Source: Macrostomum lignano
Lineage: Eukaryota
Length of the DNA stretch: 64,000 nucleotides
NCBI GenBank assembly: GCA_002269645.1
Contig: NIVC01003196.1
Coordinates: 1 to 64,000, forward strand
Direction: 5' to 3'
A program made the translations under genes and the position numbers. This document shows, in pieces, positions 22,944 to 34,855 of the stretch; position 1 is the stretch's first letter, and each line of letters opens with the position of its first letter. The notes under the pieces were generated by a model. The model had not been told where the DNA came from, ran no database searches, and saw only the letters and a list, made by a program, of their open reading frames with translations.

Positions 22944-23683
22944 TTCTAGCTGGCCTTACAGACAGTGTGGCGATACGAGGTATAACACTCGGTTTTGAAG
23001 TGCTGCTGAATATTTGATTGCCAGTCCTGCATGAGGCTATTATATAGTGTTTTAATTATACGCCCACAGAAGATTTGATGTCAAAGTTGCTATCGCTCCC
23101 AGCTGTCCCGATCCCATCGCTTGAAGTTATTTATCGCTTCTGTCAAACGGTCAGTACTTTGCCTTCCCCACCGGAACTAAACTGGTTTGATGTGTTCGGA
23201 GTTAAGCTTAATTCAATGTCATAAGAATCCGTTATCTCTTACCGCAGAAAAGGTTTGATACCACTTTTTCTGTCTGTGTAGGACATAACTAGCTGTCATA
23301 TTGTACTGTATCTGCGACACCAGGTGTCAAACTATACGCTTGAGTTCTGTCGGCTTATCAAAAACGACAACTTTAAATGTAAATAATATTTTTGCTGCAG
23401 CAGAAAATATGCTGTAAAGAGTGATTAGAGGAGGGTGACAGTTTCCTCCGCAAAATGGTTAGAAGAGGGTTACAGTCTCCTCCATAAAATAACTAAAGGA
23501 GGCTGGCAGCCTCATCTGTAACATGGTTTGGTGAGATTTACGGACTCAGTTGCAGATTTATTAGAGGGTGACAGCTTGAACAGACTGTCTGCTGAATCAC
23601 ATTAGAGGTTATAATTGTTACTATTGTCGGGATCGTGCAAGTTCACGACAAGAGGAAAAAGTCGGCACAGCGATCGAAAGTCG

Positions 23684-26290
23684 CTACAGCCTTGGCTGCA
23701 CCAGCACCCAGCTAAAATTGTAGACCCCGGGCAGCAGGGTGTGGCTGACGTTGGCGCGAACGACGCCCAGCTGAATGGCTTCAACCGACCGTCGTCGACT
23801 GTAGGACCACTGATGGCCCACACGCCGCTCTTGGTGCCACCCCGACTCAGCAAGTCGCTGCTGGTCACTTTGGCATCGTAGCAACCGAATGCAGCAGGGG
23901 AATCTGCCGAACCTGATCGAGTCAGTAGGTCGCCCCGGCAGCAGAGGCACTTGCACGGGTCCCGCTCCGAGTACGGGTCCGTCCGGTACCGGCTCGATCG
24001 CATCAGCCGCCGCATGCCGTCCAGACTGCCGGCTTGATTAACCGCGTCGCGTCGCAGAATTTTAGCCCTCGGCGCCAGCTGGTAGGAATAGTCCAGGCCG
24101 AACTTTTTCACCACCTCCGGGTAGCCGCTGAGCTGATAAACGTCCTGGTGGAAAGGCACATTGTACGACGGCCAGTAGCCAGTGCGTAGGATAGCGGTCT
24201 GGTCCGAGTATCTGACCAAACCCGGAATCTGCTCAACAATGGTCAGAGCTCCATTATCAAGTGAAGCATTGCGCTTGAACTTGTTTAAATCAACCAGCAT
24301 GTACTGGTTGTTGTAGGTTCCGGAGTTGAATCTGGAGAACTGCTTGGCCCATTGTTGCCCGGTTTCAGCCAGCTGATTGGCTGCCCGAACTCGCTGCCAG
24401 GCCAGCAGGCTGCGAGGAGAAATGGATTTGAACAGCGTCTTATTGAACACGCTGTTGGTGGTCTGAAGCAGCAGCATGCGGTCATTCAGTACGTAGAACG
24501 CGTCCAGAGAAGCCAGGGTGCCGGGGTATCCGCCGAAAGATTGCCGGCCGCCAACGAAGCTGGTGTCATTATCTAGGCGAAAATCGTAGTGCTTGAAGGA
24601 GCGTAGAGTAGCAGAGTAAGCGTTCCAGGTGTTGTGCGCTGCTAGCAGGTCCTCGAGGCCAGGTAGCAGACGTATCAGAGCCGTGCAGTGGCCCGTCCTG
24701 TATATTTGAAGTTTTTGTGATGCTCGTTACTTGACAACTTACAAATTCTTTCGGTCAATTCATCAAACCAACTCAATGATTTTCAAAAGTTCCCAAAGCC
24801 CCTTGCAAACTGACTGACAGAGATGAGGTTAAATTTGTTTACATAATAAATCTTAGCTTGTGTGGCGACTTGTCGATTCTTGCGAGAAAACTGTGCTTGG
24901 GTATGAAAATAAATAATAATTGAGTACACCTGCCCCAATTGGGCCAGATAGGCAACCGACAGCTCAGCCGCAGCTATTGCACGGCGCCTCTGAAGGCTAC
25001 GTAAGGCTGTTCAGTCCAAGGACTGGGCCTCGTACTTTTTACACTTGATAGAGGCAGTTAACTACCCTAGTTGACCATCTTACGAATTGTCTGACAAGAT
25101 CTGACGATGACTTACAAAATCTTGGAAGATCTGAAAATATCTTCTAGGGGATCACCACACACCCTCAATTACCCCAGCTAATGCCGGCACCCATTTTACA
25201 GCTGAGTGAACTGAAGCAAAACAGACTTAAGTGTCTTGCTCAAGGACACAAATTGTTCAGAGTGGGTTTTAACTGCTTTAGACCGTAAAGACGGTCTCTT
25301 ACTGTGAAGACTCAATTTATTGAGGATGAGAAAGTCTGGTAGATCGGAAAGCGTCATTAATATACACATGTGCGCCTGCGTTTTTAGCGGTTCAAAGAGA
25401 TGTGCATGCTTTAAATGGCCTCATAGCTGGCTACAGGTCGACTGGTTGTCAGATGTTGCCACACCAGTGCCCCTGAAACGAAATCACTAAATAGGTAGTT
25501 CGAAAAGCACCTGCAGCTATCGACTCAAGCTTAAAGCCCCCTATAGTTCTATCAGTTTTGTTTACCTGGCTACAAACTGAGCGAACTGAGCCGGGCCCAT
25601 CTGCTTCCAGTCGGGCCATCGATCGGTCAAGACGTTCAGCACGTCAGAAGAATCGGCAGCTGCGTTGATGAAGTGCAGCACAAATTTGGGGCTCTGGCTG
25701 GTCGAAGCCAGGCTAAATCCGTTGATGAGGCCCTGAAACTGGGCAAGCAGGTAGCCGACATTTCGAGCCATAGCATCCTGAGGATTCGAGTCGGAGAAGT
25801 TCTGCGCCCAGTCAGCCTGCTCGTCGAGCCAGTCTTTGAGCCTTTCGGTCAGGTTTGCGTCCCCCTTCGGGATTATCGTGTCCGCCAGATTGACAAAGTG
25901 AGCTTCGATCCGATCCGACGTAAGCAGTCCCTCCAGCAGGCCGGCGGCGAACATGGCTGCACGGTTCTTGTCTATGTAGTCCTGATCATTGTCGGTGTAC
26001 GCGGCTGCGGCAGACACCGTCACCTCCAGCCTGTCCCAGCCAGTGGCGTTAACTCCATCTGCGAAGTAGCCAAAGGCGGTCGCGTTCGGGTCGATACAAC
26101 CATCCCGGATGTAATAACCCTCGCCTGAGTAAAAGTACACGCTGAGACTTCGCAAAGTCTCGCCAGGTCCAACTGTGACATTCAAACAGCCGCTCGCATC
26201 GGCAACTCTCGGAGGAATTTCGCGACGAATTCTTGCGGAAAGAGCCGTTGTTGTTACAATGACCGTTGTTGCTAACCATAACAGAAGCAT
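23684..26290 (-). CDS. PLBD1: phospholipase B-like lysosomal Ntn hydrolase (PLBD1-like); exons 26290-25566 and 24697-23684; apparent frameshift near 23756
   Basis: Signal peptide, then TGWDRLEV and AMFAAGLLEGLLT. Nucleophile motif R/TGHCTALIRLLP spans the phase-2 intron. Also HNTW, GYPGTLASLDAFY, QTTNSVFN, NSGTYNNQYM, EQIPG, YWPSYNVPF, PRAKILRRD, GCYDAKVT, AISGPT. The family-like C-terminus NVSHTLLPGVYNFSWVLVQP* is in a shifted frame. The PLBD1 vs PLBD2 assignment rests on the GHC motif only. Confidence 0.88.
24920..25266 (-). mobile_element. SINE family A copy, 5'-truncated and with an internal insertion, in the PLBD1 intron
   Basis: ccccagctaatgccggcacccattttacagctg...taagtgtcttgctcaaggacacaaattgttc and ggctgttcagtccaaggactg match the UBR7-intron copies. 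Confidence 0.75.
25283..25322 (+). other. genomic relic of the Macrostomum spliced-leader (SL) exon
   Basis: ccgtaaagacggtctcttactgtgaagactcaatttattg matches, as I recall it, the M. lignano SL CCGTAAAGACGGTCTCTTACTGCGAAGACTCAATTTATTGCATG at 39/40 positions. It lacks the terminal CATG and the following GT donor, so it is not an intact SL RNA gene. Confidence 0.75.
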
Positions 26291-27846
26291 GTTGAATTTT
26301 CTCTGCCTGTAGGAAACTGGCTATGATTTTGTTTTGGATGATTAGGTGTAAAGTATTCCGTTTTGAAACCATTTACTTATAAACGGGCTAGCCAGCATTG
26401 CGTGCTAGATTTTCTAATTTGATATTTGACAAAAAATTTGGCACGGCAAAGCGGTTTGTGCTAAACCACAGTTAAAAATTCCTGCAATTTCAGCTGCCAT
26501 CAGCCTGAGGCAGTATTGACCGGACGTGGCACTCTGAGATGGTAGATCGCGACAAGAATAATCTACAACGACACGTACAGGCCAGATTGGATAAACAATA
26601 AGCACGGGCCCGTGTGTTTACCTTGGCCTAGGAGTAATAGGAGTAAGAGGACACTCCGTCTCAAATTCCAACCTCTTCAGTCAGTGAGCCGAGCGCTTTC
26701 ATTTTGTCTGGTAATTATTTTTCGCGCGGCTAATGCTAAACTTAGGCATATACAGGCCCATGCAGGCTCACAGAGCTCCCCCCCCCCGGGACAGAGCAGA
26801 CCAGAATTCATTACTGCTGCATCAACAGTTGGTTAAAAATCCACTGGGGAAATGTTTGCTTATGCACTTTTACGCGCTGAAAAGAAGCCTTTACTATAGA
26901 AGCGCTTATGACTCTGAAGGCTTTTGCATAGCGTCTTTGCACTTAAAATAGTGTTCGGCTGAAGGCTCCTAAACCTTTGTCTCTACACAACTTTTTTCTC
27001 TTAAATTCCTTTTTGAGACAGAGAATGGTGTTGCCCCCTGCCACATCATCTACTCTGACTTACTGATTAAGAAGTAAGGCTTAAATTCTACGACAATGGC
27101 TTGGGAAAGCCAAGGCAACGCTTGAAGCGCCACTCATATTCTGACAAAGCAGCACAAGGCGTGGGCTTTGCTCCACCGGAATGCAAAATGCTAAGCTGAC
27201 AAGTCTAATAGAAGCAAAAAATGTGCCACGTTCCCCTTCCCCGCGGCCCAAACCTGCCTGCCAACTCACCTGACGACCTCAAACCGCATGCGTGGGCAGC
27301 AGCGCTCTTCCTTCCTACAGTTGCAGACCGACCAACCAATGAAAACTTCGCTGATAAAGCTAACAGGCTGAACGTTAGAACTTGGCTTTCTCTAGAGGAG
27401 CAAAAGGAAATAAAAGAGAAAGAGAGAAACGCAGAAACGCAGGCGGTCACAACTTCATCTCCTATGATGTTGCATTGTGAGCAAGATGATTTGGTCAGTT
27501 GCTTGCAGCCCTGGACATCGGTAAGTTTGCCTAACTATTTATTAAAACTTTTGGTATTAAAAACAGCCCTATGCACAACATGGCGTACACAAGGACTACT
27601 AAGTAACATACCAGTATATATCTACTTAAGTTGTCCTTGGGCGTACACTTGCACATGCACTGTGCCTGCAGCCTTGACTTTACAAAGGAATTTTCTTGAG
27701 ATGGTAAAGTGACGAAAGGGAGAGAGATAACGCACATATGCACGAGTGAACGTGGAGGAATACCATTGTCGGATGAGTCATCGTGCAGCAATGCGCCTAA
27801 TGCTTTCCCAGTGAGATTTTACCACAGACAATGCTTGCTCAATGGG

Positions 27847-27950
27847 CGGGTTTTCTTGCTTAAATGTCTATGGCTACGAGTGCACGGCACAGAGAATCGC
27901 CCCTTATCCACGCGCACTCGTAGCCATAGACATTTAAACAAGAAAAACCG
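27847..27950. repeat. 37-bp inverted repeat (2 mismatches, 30-nt loop) containing GTCTATG/CATAGAC
   Basis: 27847-27883 cgggttttcttgcttaaatgtctatggctacgagtgc versus 27914-27950 gcactcgtagccatagacatttaaacaagaaaaaccg. Confidence 0.85.
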
Positions 27951-28594
27951 ACTTTTGCTTCCTATTTGGGTTTTACTTCGTCCAATGTGGTGCGTTGCAA
28001 AGTGCCCAGCAGCTAGAGTTCTTATTCCCCATAGACTAAGAACTGAAGTCACCAGGCAATTTGGTATTTTGGCTATCAATTTTGTTTATTTCACGATCAT
28101 CAAACTTTAAGCCACCAGTCACGTATGTATTCACTGTCCTCTCTCTGTTCAACAGACCGGTTTTTTTAAGTATGGCCCTTCTGTACCGATGCGCCATTCA
28201 GCCTTCCAGATTTGGCCCGAATTGCTGGCAGTTAAAACCAATCGATTTTTGTTGTCTATGGCTTTCTATGGTTTGCGTATGCAAACTCTCTGGCGCGCTG
28301 CCACGTCAGACTGCTGACGGTCGCGCACGAATTTGAATGCACAGGAATCTTAACATCCCGGCTGATCCTCAGACACTTTTCAATCATAAATACAAACATA
28401 AATACCTAAGACATACTGAGCTGCTAACAAATTGAACACGGTTACATCAATACCGATTTATTACACTCATGAAATAAGCCCTCGACCCACACACACACTC
28501 TATCTCTATCTCTCTTTGCAGTCGTCGGAGATTTGACAATTTCGTCCGCAAAGCAATCCTAGCCATCTTGTTGCTAGCGCTGCTGCTTTTTACC

Positions 28595-29447
28595 ATGGCA
28601 ACTAGAGGTCCAGTATGGCGGACAGGTCTGCCAACGACGCGTCGAAAGGTAGCGCAGCAGTCGCCGCAGCCAAAAGTGCAACTGTCCGCCCAGGATTTCG
28701 CCGCGGCTCTTGACGCAATGGGCGAAGAATTTATTCCACCTATTTTGCACCTGTTCGAGGCTTCTCAGTCGCTCCCAGAAGCTCTAAACTTGTCTCCGCA
28801 GGACCGCTCGCGTCTGCTGGTCGTATTCAACTGGACCCGGCCGAGTCTGCGGCCGGGTCTTTCCGCAGCACGAGTTCATGCTGGAGCGAGTGTTTCTCTC
28901 GGACAGCTTTGACAATAAAGAAAAGCTGAAGATGCAGGCAACCTTTGCCAGTCTGTTGGCCCTGTCTGCTTGCGGCGGAGTGGCACTCAGTCCTGAATCC
29001 AGCCTGCCTTCGCTGCGGACTGTCTCGCTGCTGACGGTAAGCGGCAATGTCGCTGTCGCGTCTCTGAATTCTGGAGGACAACCGGACGGGCGGTTGCTGG
29101 CTGCCGGTCGGCAGCATCCGCTGCTGCGTCTGTGGCTGCGGGATCTGTACCTGAACTATCTCCGGGTGAGTAGGCAGCGAGCAAACGCTGGCTCCAGTGC
29201 GCTGATTGGTGTGGATTATCTCGGCAGAGGCTTGAAAAAGCACCGACAAAGCAGCGGCGTCAAGAGAAACAGTACGATGAAGGACGTGATTCTGCTAAGA
29301 CTGGACGGTCAGTCAGTGCAGCTTCTGGTTCAGCCGCAGCAGCAGCAAAGACAACAGCCAGTTGTTCAAGGACCGCAGTTGCCGCTTTCGAGCCGAGTGG
29401 TGGCTGATCCCACAGATCTGCTTGAGGCTTGTCTGCCGCAAAGTTGA
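28595..29447 (+). CDS. uncharacterised protein (~270-285 aa); two overlapping frames joined by a frameshift or a ~46-nt intron (28823-28868)
   Basis: Upstream acceptor tctctttgcag (~28520) and a good-context ATG (accATGg) at 28595. The sequence is GC-rich and coding-like. The second frame is open from 28788 to 29447. No family recognised. Confidence 0.5.
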
Positions 29448-29819
29448 ACGAAATTGTAGCTGTCGACAAACAATCAAAAAAGTTTTTTTTAAATATGTGA
29501 ATTTTCCTCGAAATAGTAAAACTAACGACACGTCTTCTTTTGGTTAAAGATTTACCAAGCTTTCACTTAAGCTATATTTCAGTTTTAATTGTGATGATAA
29601 TTGTCTCAACAAATTTTTACTAGCGCTCTTTTGGACACAATCTACTTATTGTGGTGATGACAGACAGTAGCCTTCAAGACTTTACCTGAAAAAAAACAAT
29701 AAAACAGCACGAAACCAGCAAATAACAACGCGAAAATTTTCCTATCCGTATTGGCATCGCGTTTTTATCACGAGCTCGCACCAGTTCGGCTTTTCCCTAA
29801 TTAGGTCACTCCGCGACAC

Positions 29820-30020
29820 TCCGAACTTCCCGACGCCCGCGAGAATCTGCGGCATCTCACCGCAGACTTGCGTCTAGCAGTCCCTGACAGACCTCGAGAG
29901 GAGCGGCGCTGTTCAGGGCGATGGTTGAGACTCTCCTGCTGTACAACGCCAAGATTCTGACGCTGACAGACTTGCAGGTTGAGTTTGGGCACGCTGTAAC
30001 TTTTGCGTGTCATCTTCTGT
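29820..30020 (+). mobile_element. degenerate non-LTR (RTE-like) reverse transcriptase C-terminal fragment
   Basis: Plus strand reads LFRAMVETLLLYNAKILTLTD, resembling the RTE-clade motif LFxAxVESVLLYGxETWTLT. Confidence 0.6.
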
Positions 30021-31251
30021 TCTACAGAAGATCTGCCCCAAGATCGAGTGAGTCTTGAATGGGATGGAATCGTTCACAGACTCCGGCTTCTGTGCATTTT
30101 TCAGAGATCTATAGTTCAGTAGAGCTTGAACAGTGGACACAAACCCATTAAAACCATCTGTACTTACAATCGTACGCCTTTACTATTTCTAGTTCCTAGC
30201 AGCGACCAATCCTACTGTTAGTAGGGCTTGTATAAAAAAAGTATTTTCTTATTTTTTGCAGATAAAAGTTCGTTCACAAGGCCAGAAAGCCACACCACAA
30301 TGAAGTATGAGTACAAATCTCTTCGTTGATCACACAGACAATTGTCTCGTTTGTTCGTTTACCTGCCCAGCGTGACTTCTGGTGATCGCTCTGCTTTCTG
30401 TTCCGGAATTTTTCGAATAGAAGCGGGGCAAATATGTTGACGCCAAACCAAATGCATGGAGGGGAGCTTAGCGGCAAATCTTGGGGTCAACAATAAGTAG
30501 ATGATGATATTGGCGAGTCTTAATGGGGGGTGACAAGCAAACTTTAGGGGATAATTTTTTTTCATCACGCGCGTGATGCGTGATCGTGACCTTGAACTGT
30601 CCTTGAGCTGCCTGAGTAATGTCACATGTCCAGCTGTGATGTGATTGGCTTATAAAATGGGGTGGGTGTGCAGCTTAGGGGAGACCAAAATGAGAACTGA
30701 CGTGATTGGAGAGAAAATAGCATGAGATGGTGGGAGATAGGTTAGGAGTGAAAGCAGTGGGTAGCCGTAGAGGGTGACCCAGTCGATGAGTCATCAGGGG
30801 GTAGGAATCTGGATATCCAGGATCGAGCAAGCTAGGGTGCAATAACATTAACATTTTTGTGTGGCTAGAGACCGCTTACGTCAAAAAGTTGTAAACTTAG
30901 CTATGAATATACCTAAAATCAGTCTGGTTGACAAAGAGAGGATTTTGAATGCCTATGTGACTGGTGGCTTAGCGTTTGATGTTCGTGGGTTGAACCGAAT
31001 TGATAGCGAAAAAATAGAATTTCCTGGTGATTTTAGTTTTTATTCTATTGTGAATATGAAATTCTAAGGCGTCTCGAACAGAGATAAGAAGAGAGTCGGA
31101 CCTGCGTAAAGACGTCTACCCTCGTATGTTTAAAAAGTGCAGCTCTGCGTGTCCGCTCTCTTTTGCGGGAGAGACATGAAATCGAGTTTATGGCACAGAA
31201 TAAGTACAGAAGAATTACGGTAGCTATGGTAGAAGTTCTATTTGAGTAGTA

Positions 31252-31599
31252 TTGGTTTTGTCAGCCTAACTGAGAATAAAGCCGTCCAAAGTGAGAATCC
31301 TGCCTACGCTGAATACGAAGGGCCTAGCTGCGTCCAGCCTAGTCTATGAGCCATAGACTATAAAGGATAAGCTAAAATTGGCTAGTCATATGGCTCAGAA
31401 GCTCAGAAGGTATAAAAATAAAAGAATACGACGCATAGACCAATCGATTCTCACATTGGATGGCTTTTTATCACTTTGCTTGTCCTTTATTGTCTATGGC
31501 CCATAGACTAAGGCTGCACGCAGCCAGGCCCTTCGCAGTCAGCGTAGGCAGGATTCTCGTTTTGGGTGGCTTTATTCTCAGTTTGGCTGACAAAAGCAA
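31252..31599. mobile_element. nested palindromic element: ~97-bp outer inverted arms around a 147-bp MITE with CATAGAC(t/a)ATAAAGGA TIRs
   Basis: 31252-31348 is the near reverse complement of 31502-31599. The inner unit 31352-31498 begins catagactataaagga and ends tcctttattgtctatg. Confidence 0.8.
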
Positions 31600-32596
31600 T
31601 ATCACATTTATTTGTTAATAAATTTCATGCGTTTAGCAGCATATTTAAATTGAACCTGCGGTACCCAGCGTAAATTCTTTGAGCAATTTGATTCCGCTGT
31701 CTCCATCGACGTATGGTGATGACATACGTCACCGCTCCAACGCTCGCAAATGGCATTTCCCAATATGCTTCTTGACCCCGACTATCGAGGGGAGGAAGTG
31801 CGCGATAAAAGCCGGGGCTCGAGGAGCATCACTCGAGTTCGGAGGCAGGAAGAGAGATCGAGCAGTAGGAGATGAAGCTCAGATTTTATCTCGGGAATGC
31901 ATGCATATAATGTGCGATACATATAGCCGTCATATTTGCTAGGAAAATCCGCCCCAGATTAGGAAAGCCTGATCGAGATGCTCGAGTGAGATCCGACGGT
32001 CAAGAAGAGGGTCAGGAAGATTGAGCAGAGATGGAATGCCGACGACAATCCCAGAGTTGCGTTCGCCCTTCTCAATCAATTTTTCCCCCTCTCTCCAGCT
32101 TGCCAGCAAAGCTATTCGTCAATAAATTTATCCAATTTATTTATCCCGTCAGTTTTCTGACAAATCCCATGTTTCCTCTGCGGAGACTGCTTGCTTGTAA
32201 GTTGTAGTGCTAAAGCTAGAGGTTTTATTTTGCTCTCTATGTACGTACTCATGCACACAGCTCACACGGGGTGTACAGCGGCCCTGACTATATAATCGTC
32301 AGTCATGTACACTCGATCCAGAATCTTTAGCATAGCTACATGCATCCTGGTGTGGAGAAAATAATAATACTAAACTATAGAATGTTATATTGGAGTTAAA
32401 TTGAATGCTAAGAGAAACAGCAGTAAGTGAGCGCAGGGCCCAAACCGACATATTTATAGAGCACTAACTTAGTTCGAGGGGTTGACTCCCGTATAATAAA
32501 AGGAGGGGTGGAGTGCGCGACTAAAGAGAGAGGCGAGAATGGAGAGCCAATCAGAAGCCAGCAAGGGAGAGAGAACTAAGAATAACAAGTGAGGTT

Positions 32597-32599
<3 letters not shown>

Positions 32600-32633
<34 letters not shown>
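32600..32633. repeat. (GA)n microsatellite
   Basis: Direct observation. Confidence 0.9.
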
Positions 32634-32636
<3 letters not shown>

Positions 32637-33731
32637 GAGTAAACAGAGACAAGTGAAAGTGAACTAAAGAAATGGCTGGGAAATTCGCGACACCTGAAGA
32701 ACCGATGCGCAAGAAATGAAATGCAGTATAGGTTAGTATAGGTAAAGCGAGACTTGGACCCTACAAAACAGGTGCAGTCAGATAAGCCAACCCTGATTTA
32801 TTTTCAATAATGAACTCCTTTCGATAGATTGCAGTTCCTGCGAAGACAGTTAGCAAGCACTGGAACGCGCTGATTCACCAGGCTAATGCATGGTCAGTAC
32901 GAATAAAAGCTCCTCTGACGAATGCAAAGAGGCCAGTCATCGGTCATCGGCAGTCAGTGTTGGACCTTTCGCTCATGCCTATTTCTGGTATGCATATGGC
33001 TATAGGCATGCACTGTGTCTGGTCTCTATTGGATTAGACCCGGTCGAATAGCGCCCAGGCCTCGTAAAAGCTCTTTTCCTGCTTTCGCGATTCTGCCTGC
33101 CAAAGCTTAGTCCTGCCATTGCCCCGAAACCCGAAAATCCCCTCTCCACATGGCCGGCCGCTCAATACATTTCTGCGGTCGGGTGAGCGCGAGAGAGAGA
33201 GAGCGAGAGACAGACCGGCCCGAAGAGAGAAAGAGAGGAGAATCGTGTTGCAATGTCGGTGGCCTGTTGCACACGCGCGTGCCCAGACGCTGTGCCGAGA
33301 CCAAAAATTCCCAAAGCCTCTTTTCCCATCTCGGTCTGTAAGCCCAAGCTTTATATGCGCTAGGCGAGGGGAGAGCTGCGGATGGCGGAGAAGGGAAAGA
33401 GGAATGGGGGATGAAAAGAGGAGGGCTCGAATGAAGGCTGGGATTTCCTGTAGCGAGCCGGCAGCGCATATGTGGCTTGCTGCGCGGCTGTCCCCCTGTC
33501 TGTTTGCCACGCAGCAAAGCAAAACACGCAAGCACCAAATTATACAGCACAGCTGGAAGCAAAAAACGCTCAAGGATCGAAGGAGACAGACAGACAGACA
33601 GGAAAGAGGAATACAGTATTGTAGATAAAAGCGTCCTTGCTTGAACGAGCAACGCTTTAAACTGAAATCGCGAAGGAATACAATTTACTGCTGAGCGGTC
33701 GCCACATAAGCAGGATAAGCTCGTGCTAGTG

Positions 33732-34855
33732 ATGACGCGAGCCATTGGAGACGTGGATCAAAACCAACTGGACGCTATCGTGGCATCCGAGACAAACCGT
33801 CTCGTGTTACGCGATGGCAGCTCCAGCAGCAACGGTGCGAGACCGCATCATTCTCCGCCTGCGCCTGTTGTTTCTGGGCCAGCTGAGACTTCGGCGACAT
33901 CAGCGGCTGAAGCTCTAGCTCCGGGCATCGTGGGAGCGGTGGCTTTTTTCGCGGTGATGTTTGCTCTTGTGGCAGCGTATTGGCGCTGCGGTCGTCTCGA
34001 TGACGATCGACGCAGACGACTTCGACGTCGATGCCCGCGCACACCGGCTGTGGCCAGCGAGACCGAGGGTGGCGGCTGTCGGATTATAATTAACCCGTTG
34101 GAAGAGGAGATTGAGGTTTGCTTTACGTCATTGGCTTTGATACTTTGTTTTCATAGCAAGTTTACACGCAATAAAAGCTCATAGCAACAAAATGCGTATT
34201 ATGTCGTAGCTACCATCATAATCCTAACAGCTACCAGAGGCCCGTTTTTGTTACTAAATAAGTAGTAATAGTAATGTTAGCCTTGTATTTCCAACTTCTG
34301 AGTTGCAGATGAAGCAATTAAACGTTTTGGTCAGAGTCTTTGAAAGCTGACTGCACAGCGTTGAATGCGTACCTCAGAAGTCTGTGACAATCACACATAG
34401 TATGACTTTAACTTCGCCAATTCAACCAGATGAAGCCTAGAGCTCCGGGTGTCCAACAGGGACTGACAAAGTTGTCCAGCAGCCGCCAGCACTCCAAAAA
34501 CGTCGACAACCAGAACGACGCGAGTGACGACTTCGACGATCTTGCTTCGCTACTATCATCTTCAACATCCTCCGGAAGTAGCTGCGACGGCGACAGCAGC
34601 AGCGGCGAAGACGAGGAAGTCGACGCGAACTGCGAGCAGTGCCGTCGGGAAGCTCGGCTGGCCAGCCCGGAGGAGGCGGCAGCTGACAGCGAAGAGGAGG
34701 AGGACGACGAAGACTGCTGCTTTGATGCGACCGATCACGACATCGGGTTCGCCGACGAGGATGAAGATGAGGTCGCTGCTGATCAAGCTGATGGCGTCGC
34801 GTGTGATGCAGCTGGATCTGAGTCTGTTCGGCTGATTCGTGGCGGGGCCTGCTAG
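33732..34855 (+). CDS. uncharacterised single-pass membrane protein with an acidic tail; exons 33732-34115 and 34430-34855 (~269 aa)
   Basis: Hydrophobic segment ALAPGIVGAVAFFAVMFALVAAYW is followed by an Arg cluster. A phase-0 GT-AG intron joins ...EEEIE to MKPRAP... The C-terminus is D/E/S-rich. No family recognised. Confidence 0.55.

Noticed and set aside
31105-31120. cgtaaagacg as a second SL relic
   Set aside because: Only a 10-nt match, which could occur by chance, and the downstream sequence diverges.
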